In this document: positions 8,827 to 17,956 of the stretch, piece by piece
Layout: the number at the start of each line of letters is the position of its first letter
How positions within the stretch are numbered: position 1 is the stretch's first letter
From: Deltaproteobacteria bacterium
GTDB lineage: Bacteria > Myxococcota > Myxococcia > Myxococcales > 40CM-4-68-19
Assembly: GCA_005879805.1 (NCBI GenBank)
Contig: VBKL01000048.1
Coordinates: 1,310 to 65,309, forward strand
Reading direction: 5' to 3'
DNA: 64,000 nucleotides
Notes under the pieces: generated by a model
What the model saw: the letters and a program-made list of their open reading frames with translations, nothing else
The model's database searches: none
What the model was told of the DNA's origin: nothing
Position numbers and translations under genes: made by a program

Positions 8827-9954
8827 TCAGGACCCGGCCGATGGGAACGGCCACCACCACCGTCGCCCCTTTCGCGGTCCTTCCCCCTGCGGGGCGTTCT
8901 GGGCCTTGGGCGACGTCGGCGGCGTCGGAACGCGCAGGAGCGGCTCCGCCGCCTGCAGCGACGCTCGCTTCTCGCGAGCCTTGCCGGGGACGGCGAGAAG
9001 CTCGTCGCGGAACTGCTCGGCCGTCTGCGGGCGGCGCCCGGCGTCCTTCTCCAAGGAGCGCAGGATGAGCGTCTCCATCGCCTCGCTGATGGGCGCGTCC
9101 GGCTGTCGCTGCCGCGGCGGGATGGGACGGTCGTGCACCTGCTTGGTGAGGACTTCCATCGAGTTCGCGCCGTCGAACGGAAGATGGCCGGTCGCCATCT
9201 GGTAGAGGATGACGCCCACCGCGTACAGGTCGCAGCGGGCATCGAGATGCGTTCCGGTCGCCTGCTCCGGCGCCATGTACTGGGGGGTGCCGCAGACCAC
9301 GTCCACGCTGGTCAGCCCCGGTCCTTCGGCGTCGAGCAGCTTGGCGATTCCGAAGTCGAGGACCTTGACGAAGTCTTGCTGGTCGCGCCGGTCCTCGACC
9401 ATCACGTTCTCGGGCTTCAGGTCGCGATGGATGATGTTGTGCGCGTGCGCTTCGGAGAGCGCGGCGCAGACCTGGGCCATGATGTTGCAGAGGCGATCCT
9501 CCGCGAGCGGCCACTCGTCGCGCAGGATGACGCGGAGGTCCTTCCCCTGCACGAACTCCATCACGATGTAGAGGGTCCCGTCCTTCTCCTGGCGCCCGAA
9601 GTCGAGGACCTGGATCACGTTCGGATGGTTGAGCCTGCTCGCCGCCTTCGCCTCCCGCTCGAACCGCCCGACGATGGTCGGGTCCTCGAGCAGGGCCGGC
9701 TTGAGCATCTTCAGGACGACCGGACGATCGAGGGCGAGGTGGCGGGCGCGGTAGACCTTTCCCATGCCGCCCTGCCCGATCAGCTCCTCGACATGGAAGC
9801 GACCCGCGACCGTTCGCCCGACGAGGGGATCGGTCGACTTCGCCGCGAGCGGGCGGGTCTTGGGCTGCGACGGCGTGAGCGAGGCTCCGCAGTAGACGCA
9901 GAGAGCGTTCGCCGTGGGCGGCAGCGGCCGCAAGCAGCGAGGGCAGGACGGCAC
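8827..9954 (-). CDS. Hanks-type Ser/Thr protein kinase with N-terminal zinc ribbon
   Basis: CPRC...CVYC; IGQGGMGKVY, HRDLKPEN, DFG, GTPQYMAPE all intact. Confidence 0.95.
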   Translation of the reverse strand: MPSCPRCLRPLPPTANALCVYCGASLTPSQPKTRPLAAKSTDPLVGRTVAGRFHVEELIGQGGMGKVYRARHLALDRPVVLKMLKPALLEDPTIVGRFEREAKAASRLNHPNVIQVLDFGRQEKDGTLYIVMEFVQGKDLRVILRDEWPLAEDRLCNIMAQVCAALSEAHAHNIIHRDLKPENVMVEDRRDQQDFVKVLDFGIAKLLDAEGPGLTSVDVVCGTPQYMAPEQATGTHLDARCDLYAVGVILYQMATGHLPFDGANSMEVLTKQVHDRPIPPRQRQPDAPISEAMETLILRSLEKDAGRRPQTAEQFRDELLAVPGKAREKRASLQAAEPLLRVPTPPTSPKAQNAPQGEGPRKGRRWWWPFPSAGS

Positions 9955-10133
9955 CGCTACGGTTCTCGGGAGGCTGGCATCGGATCAGGCGTAGGTTCGC
10001 ACAGCGCCGAGCCCTTTTCCAACGGCGGAAAGGTAGGACCGTTGGCAGCCGGAGGACAGCTCCGCGGTGCCGCAAGCTCGATTCTGCGCTAGATCCGAGT
10101 TCCCTCCGCAGCGCTGCCGGTGCCTACCAGACC

Positions 10134-10853
10134 ATGGCGAAACCCGCTCCGCCTCCCCAGAAGCCGCGTCCCGCGAGACCGCTGCCCCCGCGCGCGCCCA
10201 AACCCAAGGGCCCGTCTGCCCGCGCGCGGATCAGCGCCATCGCCCGCGACGGCAGCCGCTCCGCCGACTACCTGCTCTTGAAGGACGAGACCCGGGTGGG
10301 AACGGCAGTCTCCGACGCCGAGGTGAAGCTCGACGACGATCCCTTCGTGGCGCCGGTGCACGCCGTGCTGCGCTTCGAAGGGCAGCAGCTCTACGTCGAG
10401 GATGCCGGTTCGGTGAACGGCGTCTTCCTCGGCTTCAAGGAGCGCAAGATCGAAGGCGGCGGCGAGCTGCGCCTCGGACGCCAGCGCCTGCGCATCGAGT
10501 GGCTGCCGGACGACCGCGAGATGGTCGGCCCGGATCCGATCTACGGCAGCCCCGATCCGGGCTACGTCGCCCAGGCCGTCCAGCTCTTCGAAGGGGGAAT
10601 CGAGGGCGACGTGTTCCCGCTGCGGGCGGGAGAAAACATCGTCGGCCGCGCGGCGGGAGACATCACCTTTCCGCACGACGGATACATCTCGAGCAAGCAC
10701 GCGAACATCGCCATTTCGGGCAAGACGATCTCGGTCAAGGACCTCGGATCCGCGAACGGCACTTTCGCGCGCATCAAGAACCGCGCACCGGTCGCCCTCG
10801 GCGATCTGCTCCTGATCGGCGAACAGATCCTCCGCGTGGATCCAGGGGGCTGA
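10134..10853 (+). CDS. Tandem FHA domain protein
   Basis: Second FHA canonical (VGR...ISSKHA...DLGSANGTF); first FHA degenerate; similar in layout to 6504..7421. Confidence 0.85.
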   Translation: MAKPAPPPQKPRPARPLPPRAPKPKGPSARARISAIARDGSRSADYLLLKDETRVGTAVSDAEVKLDDDPFVAPVHAVLRFEGQQLYVEDAGSVNGVFLGFKERKIEGGGELRLGRQRLRIEWLPDDREMVGPDPIYGSPDPGYVAQAVQLFEGGIEGDVFPLRAGENIVGRAAGDITFPHDGYISSKHANIAISGKTISVKDLGSANGTFARIKNRAPVALGDLLLIGEQILRVDPGG

Positions 10854-10856
10854 CGC

Positions 10857-11349
10857 TCAGGCCGTCCGCTGCAGCTTCTCGCAGAGCTCGCGGCGCACGC
10901 GGGCGCGGAATCGCTCGAGCCGCATGGTGACCGCGCTCTTCCCGACACCCATGCGGTCGGCGATCTCGCGGGCCGACAGGGTGCCGTCGAGGTAGAAGAG
11001 CCGCACGGTCTCCTTCTCGGGGCCCTCGCGGAGATTGTCGATCACCTCGCGCACCGCCCGCAGCTCGGCCTCGCGCTCGAGCTGGGCGCTCACCTCGGGG
11101 ACGCTGTCCTCGGCGAGGCGCGACTCCCGCATCGCCTCCTCGACGGCGCGGACATGGGTCGCGCGCGAGGTCAGGTACGAGCGAGCGCGGTTCCTGGCGA
11201 TGGTGAACAGCCAGGCGGAGAAGCGCTCGGGGTCCTTCAAGCCCTTGACAACCTCGCCCACGACCTTCGGGAGGCGGAGGCTCTGGGTGACGGACGACTC
11301 GGCCGGGCTCTCGGGGAGGATTCGCGCGTTCGCGTTCGCGGTGGGCATG
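10857..11349 (-). pseudogene. ECF sigma-70 factor apparently missing region 2.1-2.2
   Basis: LKDPERFSAWLFTIARN (region 2.3-2.4) and region 4 HTH (SAREIADRMGVGKSAVTMRLERFR) are present, but the preceding sigma2 helices are absent. Confidence 0.65.
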
Positions 11350-11526
11350 GCTACTAGCAGCCCGCGTGCCCATGCCAAAGAAACGGCGGTTCCCGAGTGA
11401 AATCGCGGTTTTGTCGCACACTGTAGGCTGCTGTAGGCCCCCGGCACCGCGACATGCATGTCAGGGCGGCCGAGCGCCGACGCCGCTTGCGCGCTCCTGT
11501 CGTTGAGCTAGGTTGCCGCGGATCCC

Positions 11527-13953
11527 GTGCTTCTCGGCGCCGTCAACGACAAAGCCCTCGCCAACCTCGGCTGGAGCTCGCTCTGCTCGGAGCTCGCTCA
11601 CCGCGCCCGCACTCCGATGGGCAAGGAGAGATGTCGCTCCCTCGTTCCCGGAGATTCCGAGGAGGAAGCCGCCCGCCGCCTCGCCCGGGTAGAGGAAGCA
11701 AGGGAGCTCCGCCGTCTCGACCGCGAGGTACCGCTCGCCGATGCCCTCGACGTGCGGCCGGCCCTGGGCCGGGCCGCTCGCGAAGGGACCCTGGAGCCAC
11801 ACGAGCTTCTCGCCATCGCCCGGCTGATCCGCGCCGCCGTCTCCGCGCGGCGGTTCTGCTTGCCGCTGCGCGATCGAGTCCCGCTCCATGCGGAGCTGGC
11901 CGAGACCTTGAGCGACTTCGAGCCGCTCGCCCAGGAGCTGGAGCGCGCCTTCGACCCGGCCGGCAAGCTGCTCGATACCGCGAGCCCGCTCCTCGCCGAG
12001 CTGCGCGAGCGGTCCCGCGGGCTTCATCGGAGCATCAAGGCCCGCCTCGAGGAGATGCTGAAAGACGAGGAGGTCGTGGGGATGCTCCGCGACGCCTACT
12101 ACTCGGTGCGCGGCGACCGCTACGTCGTTCCGCTGCGGGCCGAGCACAAGACCCACCTTCCCGGCATCGTGCACAACGCCAGTGGAAGCGGGCAGACGCT
12201 CTTCGTAGAACCACAAGAACTCGTCGAGCTGGGCAACCAGCTCACCATTGCCGACGCTTCTGCGCTGGAAGAGGAGCAGCGCATCCTGGGCGAGCTGTCG
12301 GGCGCGGTGGGCCGGCGCGCCGAGGCCCTCGCTCGCGACGTCGAGACCCTCGCGACGCTCGACGAGACCCTCGCGGGAGCGCGCCTCGCAGACGATCTTT
12401 CCGCGGCCCCTCCTCGCCTCGCCGATGCCACGCGGGAGAGCTTCCGTCTTTCGGCGGCGCGCCATCCCCTCCTCGTTCTGCAGATGAACGCGCGAGGCCG
12501 CGGCGGATCGGTCATCGCCAACGACATCGAGCTTCCCGCGCCCGCTCGCGCCCTGGTCATCTCCGGTCCCAACGCTGGCGGCAAGACGGTGACCATCACC
12601 GCGGTCGGGCTCTCGGCGTTGATGGCCCGCGCGGGATTGCCGGTGGCCGCCGCGGAAGGGTCGCGGATGCCGCTCTACCGGACCGTGTACACGGCCATCG
12701 GAGACGAGGGAGACCTCTCCCGCGATCTGTCGACGTTCACGGCCCACCTCACCTCGCTTCGCCACATCCTCGAGGCAGCCGGTCCGGGGACGCTGGTCCT
12801 CATCGACGAGATCGCCGCGGATACCGACCCGCGCGAAGGCGCCGCCATCGCCGCGGCAGCGCTCGAGAAGCTGGTCTCTGCCGGAGCGCAGGTTCTCATC
12901 ACCACCCATCTGGAAGAGCTCAAAGCGCTGGCGCTCAGCGACGACCGGTTTGCCTCCGCGAGCGTCGGCTTCGATGTCGACAAGCTGGCACCGACCTATC
13001 GCCTGCGCATGGGCGAGGTGGGGCGCAGCTCCGCCATCGAAATCGCAGCGCGCGTCGGATTACCCGCTGACGTCTGCGCCCGGGCCAAAGAGATCCTGGG
13101 CGGAGGGAGCTCGGCGCTGGCCTCGGCCCTGGAGCGCCTGGAAGCGGAACGGGCGGCCGCGTCTCGCGCCCGCGCCGAGGCGGAAGCCGTGCGCAAGAGC
13201 CTCGCGGAGGAGCGCGAAACGATGCAGGCGGAGATCGAGGCGCTTCGTGCCGCGGAGCGCGAAGTGCGTTCCGGAGCGCGTGCCGAGCTGGTGGAAGATC
13301 TCGCCCGGCGCAAGCAGCAGATCGCGGAGATGGTCGCCCAGCTCCAGGCGGCGCCGGCGCTCGCCCGGGCGGTCGAGGCACAGCAACAGATCGCCCGCCT
13401 CGAGGCGGAGGAAGAGCGCGAGGTGGCACGCGAGGAGGTCCGTGCCGAGGACGCCGCCGCAGCAGCCGGAGGTGAAATCCGGCCGGGTGCCCCGGTGCGT
13501 CACGCCAGGCTCGGCGTGGAGGGAACGGTCATCGAGGTCGACGAAGCGGGCGCGCTCGTCCAGATAGGTGCGCTGCGAACCAAGGTGGCGCGCGCAGACC
13601 TCGTGCCGCTCGCGCGCAAGCCGAAGGGCGACGCGGCTGGCTTCCGCAAGACCGCCCGGGAAAAGATCGCTCGCGCGGAGGCCGTGCGGGCCGCTCCGGC
13701 GAGCACGGTCATCCGGCCGCTCGACGTCCGGGGGTTGCGTGTCGACGAAGCGCTGCGCGCGCTGGAAGAGGAGCTGGACCGGCGGTTACGGGAAGGCGCC
13801 GAGGAAGTGCAGGTGCTGCACGGTCATGGGTCGGGCGCGCTGAAAGCAGCCATCCGGGAGCATCTCGCGCGCAGTCCCTACGTGCGCAGGGCGCGGGCAG
13901 GCGCTTCACACGAAGGCGGTGACGGCGTCACCGTCGCCGAGCTGCGCGGGTAG
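11527..13953 (+). CDS. mutS2: Endonuclease MutS2
   Basis: GIVHNASGSGQTLFVEP, Walker A GPNAGGKT, IDE..A.TDP.EG, coiled coil, C-terminal Smr domain (LDVRG...HGHGSGALK). Confidence 0.95.
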   Translation: MLLGAVNDKALANLGWSSLCSELAHRARTPMGKERCRSLVPGDSEEEAARRLARVEEARELRRLDREVPLADALDVRPALGRAAREGTLEPHELLAIARLIRAAVSARRFCLPLRDRVPLHAELAETLSDFEPLAQELERAFDPAGKLLDTASPLLAELRERSRGLHRSIKARLEEMLKDEEVVGMLRDAYYSVRGDRYVVPLRAEHKTHLPGIVHNASGSGQTLFVEPQELVELGNQLTIADASALEEEQRILGELSGAVGRRAEALARDVETLATLDETLAGARLADDLSAAPPRLADATRESFRLSAARHPLLVLQMNARGRGGSVIANDIELPAPARALVISGPNAGGKTVTITAVGLSALMARAGLPVAAAEGSRMPLYRTVYTAIGDEGDLSRDLSTFTAHLTSLRHILEAAGPGTLVLIDEIAADTDPREGAAIAAAALEKLVSAGAQVLITTHLEELKALALSDDRFASASVGFDVDKLAPTYRLRMGEVGRSSAIEIAARVGLPADVCARAKEILGGGSSALASALERLEAERAAASRARAEAEAVRKSLAEERETMQAEIEALRAAEREVRSGARAELVEDLARRKQQIAEMVAQLQAAPALARAVEAQQQIARLEAEEEREVAREEVRAEDAAAAAGGEIRPGAPVRHARLGVEGTVIEVDEAGALVQIGALRTKVARADLVPLARKPKGDAAGFRKTAREKIARAEAVRAAPASTVIRPLDVRGLRVDEALRALEEELDRRLREGAEEVQVLHGHGSGALKAAIREHLARSPYVRRARAGASHEGGDGVTVAELRG

Positions 13954-13957
13954 AACG

Positions 13958-13989
13958 ACCCTCGGAGCGCCGCCAGGCGCTCCGAGGGT
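13958..13989. terminator. Perfect 14-bp hairpin between convergent genes (probable terminator)
   Basis: ACCCTCGGAGCGCC-GCCA-GGCGCTCCGAGGGT immediately after the mutS2 stop; no clear U-tract. Confidence 0.7.
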
Positions 13990-14034
13990 AGAAAGTAACG
14001 AAGTACGCTGCGGTGAGGCGAAGTGCTTCCCGGC

Positions 14035-14637
14035 TTAGCCGCCGGCGGAGCAGACACCCGAGAGGCAAAGCAGGCCGGTGCAGCAGGCCGCTCCCGTGGC
14101 GCTGCAGGCTGCGGTCTCCGGCAAGCAGACAGGAGGAGGCGGCGGCGGAGGCGGCGGCGGCGGAGCCTGCGGGTCGCACGCGCCCGGGTAGTCCCCATGC
14201 GCGATGTGAGCCCGCACGGCCGACTTGCCGACCCGGATCGTGTGCTCATTGCAATGGTTGCCGGGCGGAATGTGGCAGATGGTCACCTTGCAGTTCGCAT
14301 CGTCGTCGTCGGACTTCGACGACATGCTGAACGAGTGCGACGACAAGCTCTTCGACTGGTCGTGGTCGTCGTCGGAACCCTTGCACTCGTCGTCGTCCTT
14401 GTCGTTCGACTTGACGCTGAGCGAGGACTTGTCAGCGGACTTGTCGTGATCCCCCGACTCGTCGCACTCGTCCTTGTCGTCGCCCTTGCTCGACGCGTCA
14501 TACCGGCCGTCCGCCTTCGACATCGCGGACGTGTCCGACCTGGACGTCAGCGCGGTGCCGCTCGGAGCGCCGCCGCACGCCGACAGCAGCGCTGCCGAGA
14601 AACACATCACACTGATAGAAATCCATCGCGACTGCAT
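14035..14637 (-). CDS. Lipoprotein with acidic low-complexity tract, KVTICH motif, polyproline linker and Cys-rich tail
   Basis: LLSACG lipobox; D/K/S-rich tract; KVTICHIPPGN..HTIRV....AHIAHGD..GAC; ~10 Pro; C-x6-C-x6-CC-x4-C-x4-C tail. Confidence 0.75.
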   Translation of the reverse strand: MQSRWISISVMCFSAALLSACGGAPSGTALTSRSDTSAMSKADGRYDASSKGDDKDECDESGDHDKSADKSSLSVKSNDKDDDECKGSDDDHDQSKSLSSHSFSMSSKSDDDDANCKVTICHIPPGNHCNEHTIRVGKSAVRAHIAHGDYPGACDPQAPPPPPPPPPPPVCLPETAACSATGAACCTGLLCLSGVCSAGG

Positions 14638-14857
14638 TGGAAAAACCCCCCGTAGATGTAGGATTCGTTAAGAGATTCGACTCAGCCGACCATTTCTGCT
14701 CGTGCGCTTGGATCGCTGGCCAGGTGGCCCCCCGCCACCGGCCATTCCGTCTGTAGTACAGCGATCCCCCCCGTGCGCATTCCGCAGCCCCCTGAAGTCA
14801 GCCTGCACTGCAAAGCTACAAGGCACCCTAGATCGGGTCCCTGGGGCGGGGAAAGGG

Positions 14858-17800
14858 TCACTCTGTAAGGAGAAGTGCGACCGGCAGGGACGCCAATGCA
14901 TCCTCTACGCGGATAACGCCGTCCTTGACGACACATCGCTCACCCGTGAAGGCATCGGTGAGAGCTTGGCCTTCCTGCGCGAACGGGACGCGGACGGTAG
15001 TGTCGCCGAATGCGGTCGCCGGCAACAGTCCTTTGGAGTCGAGAAGGCCGGCGACGAGCCTCGGCGCAATGCAGATCGCCGTCCCGCCTTCCTTTTCCCG
15101 GCGGGCAAACGCCACGAGGCGCTCGGCGCGATTCCCCTGGGGTTCGAGCGGCAGATATTCGCCATCTCCGAAAATACCCGGGTTGTCGCGCCGCGTTCGC
15201 AAGCCCGACTGGGTGAGGAAGAGCTTGATGCGGCCATCGGGCCAGGATTGGTAGAGCTCGCGGGCAAGCTCTGCGCGGGGTTTCTGGTCGTCCCGCACCT
15301 CCTGGAGGATGCGGTTGCGGGTCTCGAAATCGACGGGCCTGCGATTGTCCGGGTCGACGAGCGAAAGGTCCCACAGCTCGCTGCCCTGGTAGATGTCCGG
15401 CACGCCCGGGGAGGCGAGCTTCAACACCAGTTGCGATAGCGAGTTATGGGCGCCGACGAGCCCGATCTTGTCGGCGAACGGCAAGAAAGACTTCCAGAAG
15501 GCGTGCTTGGGGGGAAGCGCGAAGAGGTCCTTCACGAACGCCTGGACCGCGTCCTCCCAGCTCCGGTCTTCCTGGATCCAGCTGGTGTTGACCTTCGCTT
15601 CCTTGACTGCCTTGAACATGTACTGCGAAAGGCGCTGCGAGAGCGATTCCATCTCCGCGGGCGGAGGCAGCGCGCCGGCATGGCCGTTCGGCCATACCCC
15701 GACCAGGGTCTGGAAGAAGAGCATCAGCTCGTTCCGATCGGGCGCCTTGCGGCCGTCGACGTCGCGGAGGAGTCCGTCGACCTTGCGCGTCCAGGAGGAG
15801 AGCGCGGACGCCCAGTCCTTCGGCATCTCGGAGAGGCCGTCGATGCGCGTGCGCACGTCCTCGCCGCGCTTGGTGTCGTGGGTCGAGGTGGCGAGCAGTG
15901 TGCGCGGAAAGGACCGTGCGCGGTGCTCGTTGAAGGCATGGAACTGCTGGACGGTTACGCCGAATCGATTCGGCTCGCCTCCCACCTCGTTCAGCGAAAG
16001 CAACCGGTTGTAAACGTAGAAGACCGTGTCCTCGAGGCCCTTGGCCATCACCGGTCCGAGGACCTGCTGCAACTTGATGACGAAGGCGAGCTGGAGGGGA
16101 CGCTCCGACTCCTCGACGTAGTCGGCGAACTTCTGCAGGAGGATGTCGGCGATGAAATCGTAGATCGACGCGTTCTCGGCCGGGTTTCGCCGCTTGGCGC
16201 AGGCGACGGCCTGCAGCACGTACTTGCGATCGCTCTCGTCGACCGTGCCGTCGTCGCCGACGTACGTTCGATACACCGGGAAGCAGGCAACCACTTCGAT
16301 GAGCGCCGCGCGCAGGGAGTAGAGCGTGAAGTCCCGCGTCCAGCGATTGGCCTCGGAGATGCGGTTGAGCTGCCGCGCGAGGAGGTTCATCTCGGAGGCG
16401 AGCGCCGTGTAGAGGATGAGCTTCTTCTTCTGGTAGACGAGCTCGTCGAAGTCGATGCGTCCGCCGATGTAGCGCGAGTAGATCTTGTCCATCGCGTCGC
16501 GCGCGCCGGGATCGACGAAGAGCCCGTTCACCTGGTTGAGGAAGTCGTATCCGGTGGTGCCGCGCACCGCCCACGACTCGGGCAGCCGCTCGGTGCCGGC
16601 GAGGATCTTCTCCGCCACCACGAAAACCGGCTTGTAGAGCGGCGAGGCCTGCCCGGCGGTGGCAATCTCGCGGCCGAGCTCGTCGCGGACGACCAGCTCC
16701 ATCTCCTTCCAGTCCTCGCCGCGGCCTTCGACGAGCACGCGCGCGCGGTCGAGGATGTGGGAGTCCTGGAGCAGACGGAAGTAGCGTGTCGGGTAGGCGA
16801 GCCCGTCGGGATGGTCGACGCGGAAGCCCGTCACCAGGCCCCGGGCGAGGAACTGCAGCGGAAGGCGATGCGCCTCCTCGAAGACCGCGGGATCCTCGAC
16901 GCGGATGGCGGCGAGGGAGTTGATGTCGAAGAAGCGCCGGTAGTTGATCTCCTCGGAGGAGACGCGCCAGTGGGCGAGGCGGTACGCCTGGGCGGCGAGG
17001 AGCTTGTCGAGCAGGTCGAAGCTGCGCGGCTTTCCCGGGACGCCCGAGTAGAGCGCGACGTTCTCCTCGAGGTGCTGGCGGATGCGTGGGTCGGTCGCGC
17101 ACAGGGCCGCCACGCGGCGCTTGATGACTTCCTTCTCCCGGCGCCGTTCGTCGAGCCGGTCGGGATCCTGCTCGTGCCGGGTCGGCAGGTGCTCGATGGC
17201 GGTGAGAATGCTCTTCAGCTCGTCGAGCGACGGGTCGCCGCGGGGAAGACGCGCCTCCAGGTCCGCGAGCCGGTACGAGAGGATCTCGCCGTAGCTGCGC
17301 GGGCTGAGCGGGAAGACGTGATCGAAGTAGGTGATCTGGAAGTTCCCGTTGAGCAGCCGGAGCTTCAGCTCGCCGCGCTCCAGGACCGCCCCGTAGCGGT
17401 CGCCGAGGATGGGGACCAGCACCTTGTCCTCGAGCTCCTCCTTGACCGGGTGCCATTCGACGTCGAAGAAGCGCGCCGCCCGGGCGGAAGGGCCGTTCTC
17501 CAGCAGGTCCATCCACAGCGAGTTGCCGGACCCGATCCCCATGTGGTTCGGGACGATGTCGAGGACGTGTCCAAGCGACTTGTCGCGCGCGGCCGCGCAC
17601 ATCGCGGCGTGGTCCTCGGCCGTGCCGAGCTCGGGGTTCAGCTGCTGGTGGTCGAGGACGTCGTAGCCGTGGTTCGAGCCGGCGGCGGCGCGCATGTACG
17701 GCGAGGTGTAGAGGTCGGTGATCCCGAGATCCTCCAGGTATCCGGTGATCGCCGCCGCGGCGCGGAACCCGAAACCGCGGTGCAGCTGCACCCGGTAGGT

Positions 17801-17941
17801 CGCGAGCGGCAAGCGAGCAACCGACAGCTCGGCCGCGATGTCATCGAGCATCCGGCGGGCGCGAGCATGGGGCAGCTCGCCGAGAAGCTCGCGGACCTGA
17901 CGCACGACCGCCTCCTCGCAACGGGCGCGCGCTCGCCGCAA
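14858..17941 (-). CDS. treY: Malto-oligosyltrehalose synthase
   Basis: ATYRVQ, GSNHGYDV, DIVPNHMG, INYRRFFDIN.L, RVDHPDGL, TSTHDTKRGEDVR, LSLVDPDNRRPVDF. Start uncertain. Confidence 0.95.
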   Translation of the reverse strand: MRRARARCEEAVVRQVRELLGELPHARARRMLDDIAAELSVARLPLATYRVQLHRGFGFRAAAAITGYLEDLGITDLYTSPYMRAAAGSNHGYDVLDHQQLNPELGTAEDHAAMCAAARDKSLGHVLDIVPNHMGIGSGNSLWMDLLENGPSARAARFFDVEWHPVKEELEDKVLVPILGDRYGAVLERGELKLRLLNGNFQITYFDHVFPLSPRSYGEILSYRLADLEARLPRGDPSLDELKSILTAIEHLPTRHEQDPDRLDERRREKEVIKRRVAALCATDPRIRQHLEENVALYSGVPGKPRSFDLLDKLLAAQAYRLAHWRVSSEEINYRRFFDINSLAAIRVEDPAVFEEAHRLPLQFLARGLVTGFRVDHPDGLAYPTRYFRLLQDSHILDRARVLVEGRGEDWKEMELVVRDELGREIATAGQASPLYKPVFVVAEKILAGTERLPESWAVRGTTGYDFLNQVNGLFVDPGARDAMDKIYSRYIGGRIDFDELVYQKKKLILYTALASEMNLLARQLNRISEANRWTRDFTLYSLRAALIEVVACFPVYRTYVGDDGTVDESDRKYVLQAVACAKRRNPAENASIYDFIADILLQKFADYVEESERPLQLAFVIKLQQVLGPVMAKGLEDTVFYVYNRLLSLNEVGGEPNRFGVTVQQFHAFNEHRARSFPRTLLATSTHDTKRGEDVRTRIDGLSEMPKDWASALSSWTRKVDGLLRDVDGRKAPDRNELMLFFQTLVGVWPNGHAGALPPPAEMESLSQRLSQYMFKAVKEAKVNTSWIQEDRSWEDAVQAFVKDLFALPPKHAFWKSFLPFADKIGLVGAHNSLSQLVLKLASPGVPDIYQGSELWDLSLVDPDNRRPVDFETRNRILQEVRDDQKPRAELARELYQSWPDGRIKLFLTQSGLRTRRDNPGIFGDGEYLPLEPQGNRAERLVAFARREKEGGTAICIAPRLVAGLLDSKGLLPATAFGDTTVRVPFAQEGQALTDAFTGERCVVKDGVIRVEDALASLPVALLLTE

Positions 17942-17956
17942 AGAGGCGGCGGGGGC

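Noticed and set aside
11355-11378. Sigma-54 promoter-like GGCACG-N4-CTGC on the minus strand
   Set aside because: The -12 element is imperfect and lies too close to the start codon; such matches are common in GC-rich DNA.
14640-14857. Riboswitch or ncRNA upstream of the 14035 lipoprotein gene
   Set aside because: Some hairpin potential, but no aptamer consensus that I can recognise; it would need an Rfam scan.
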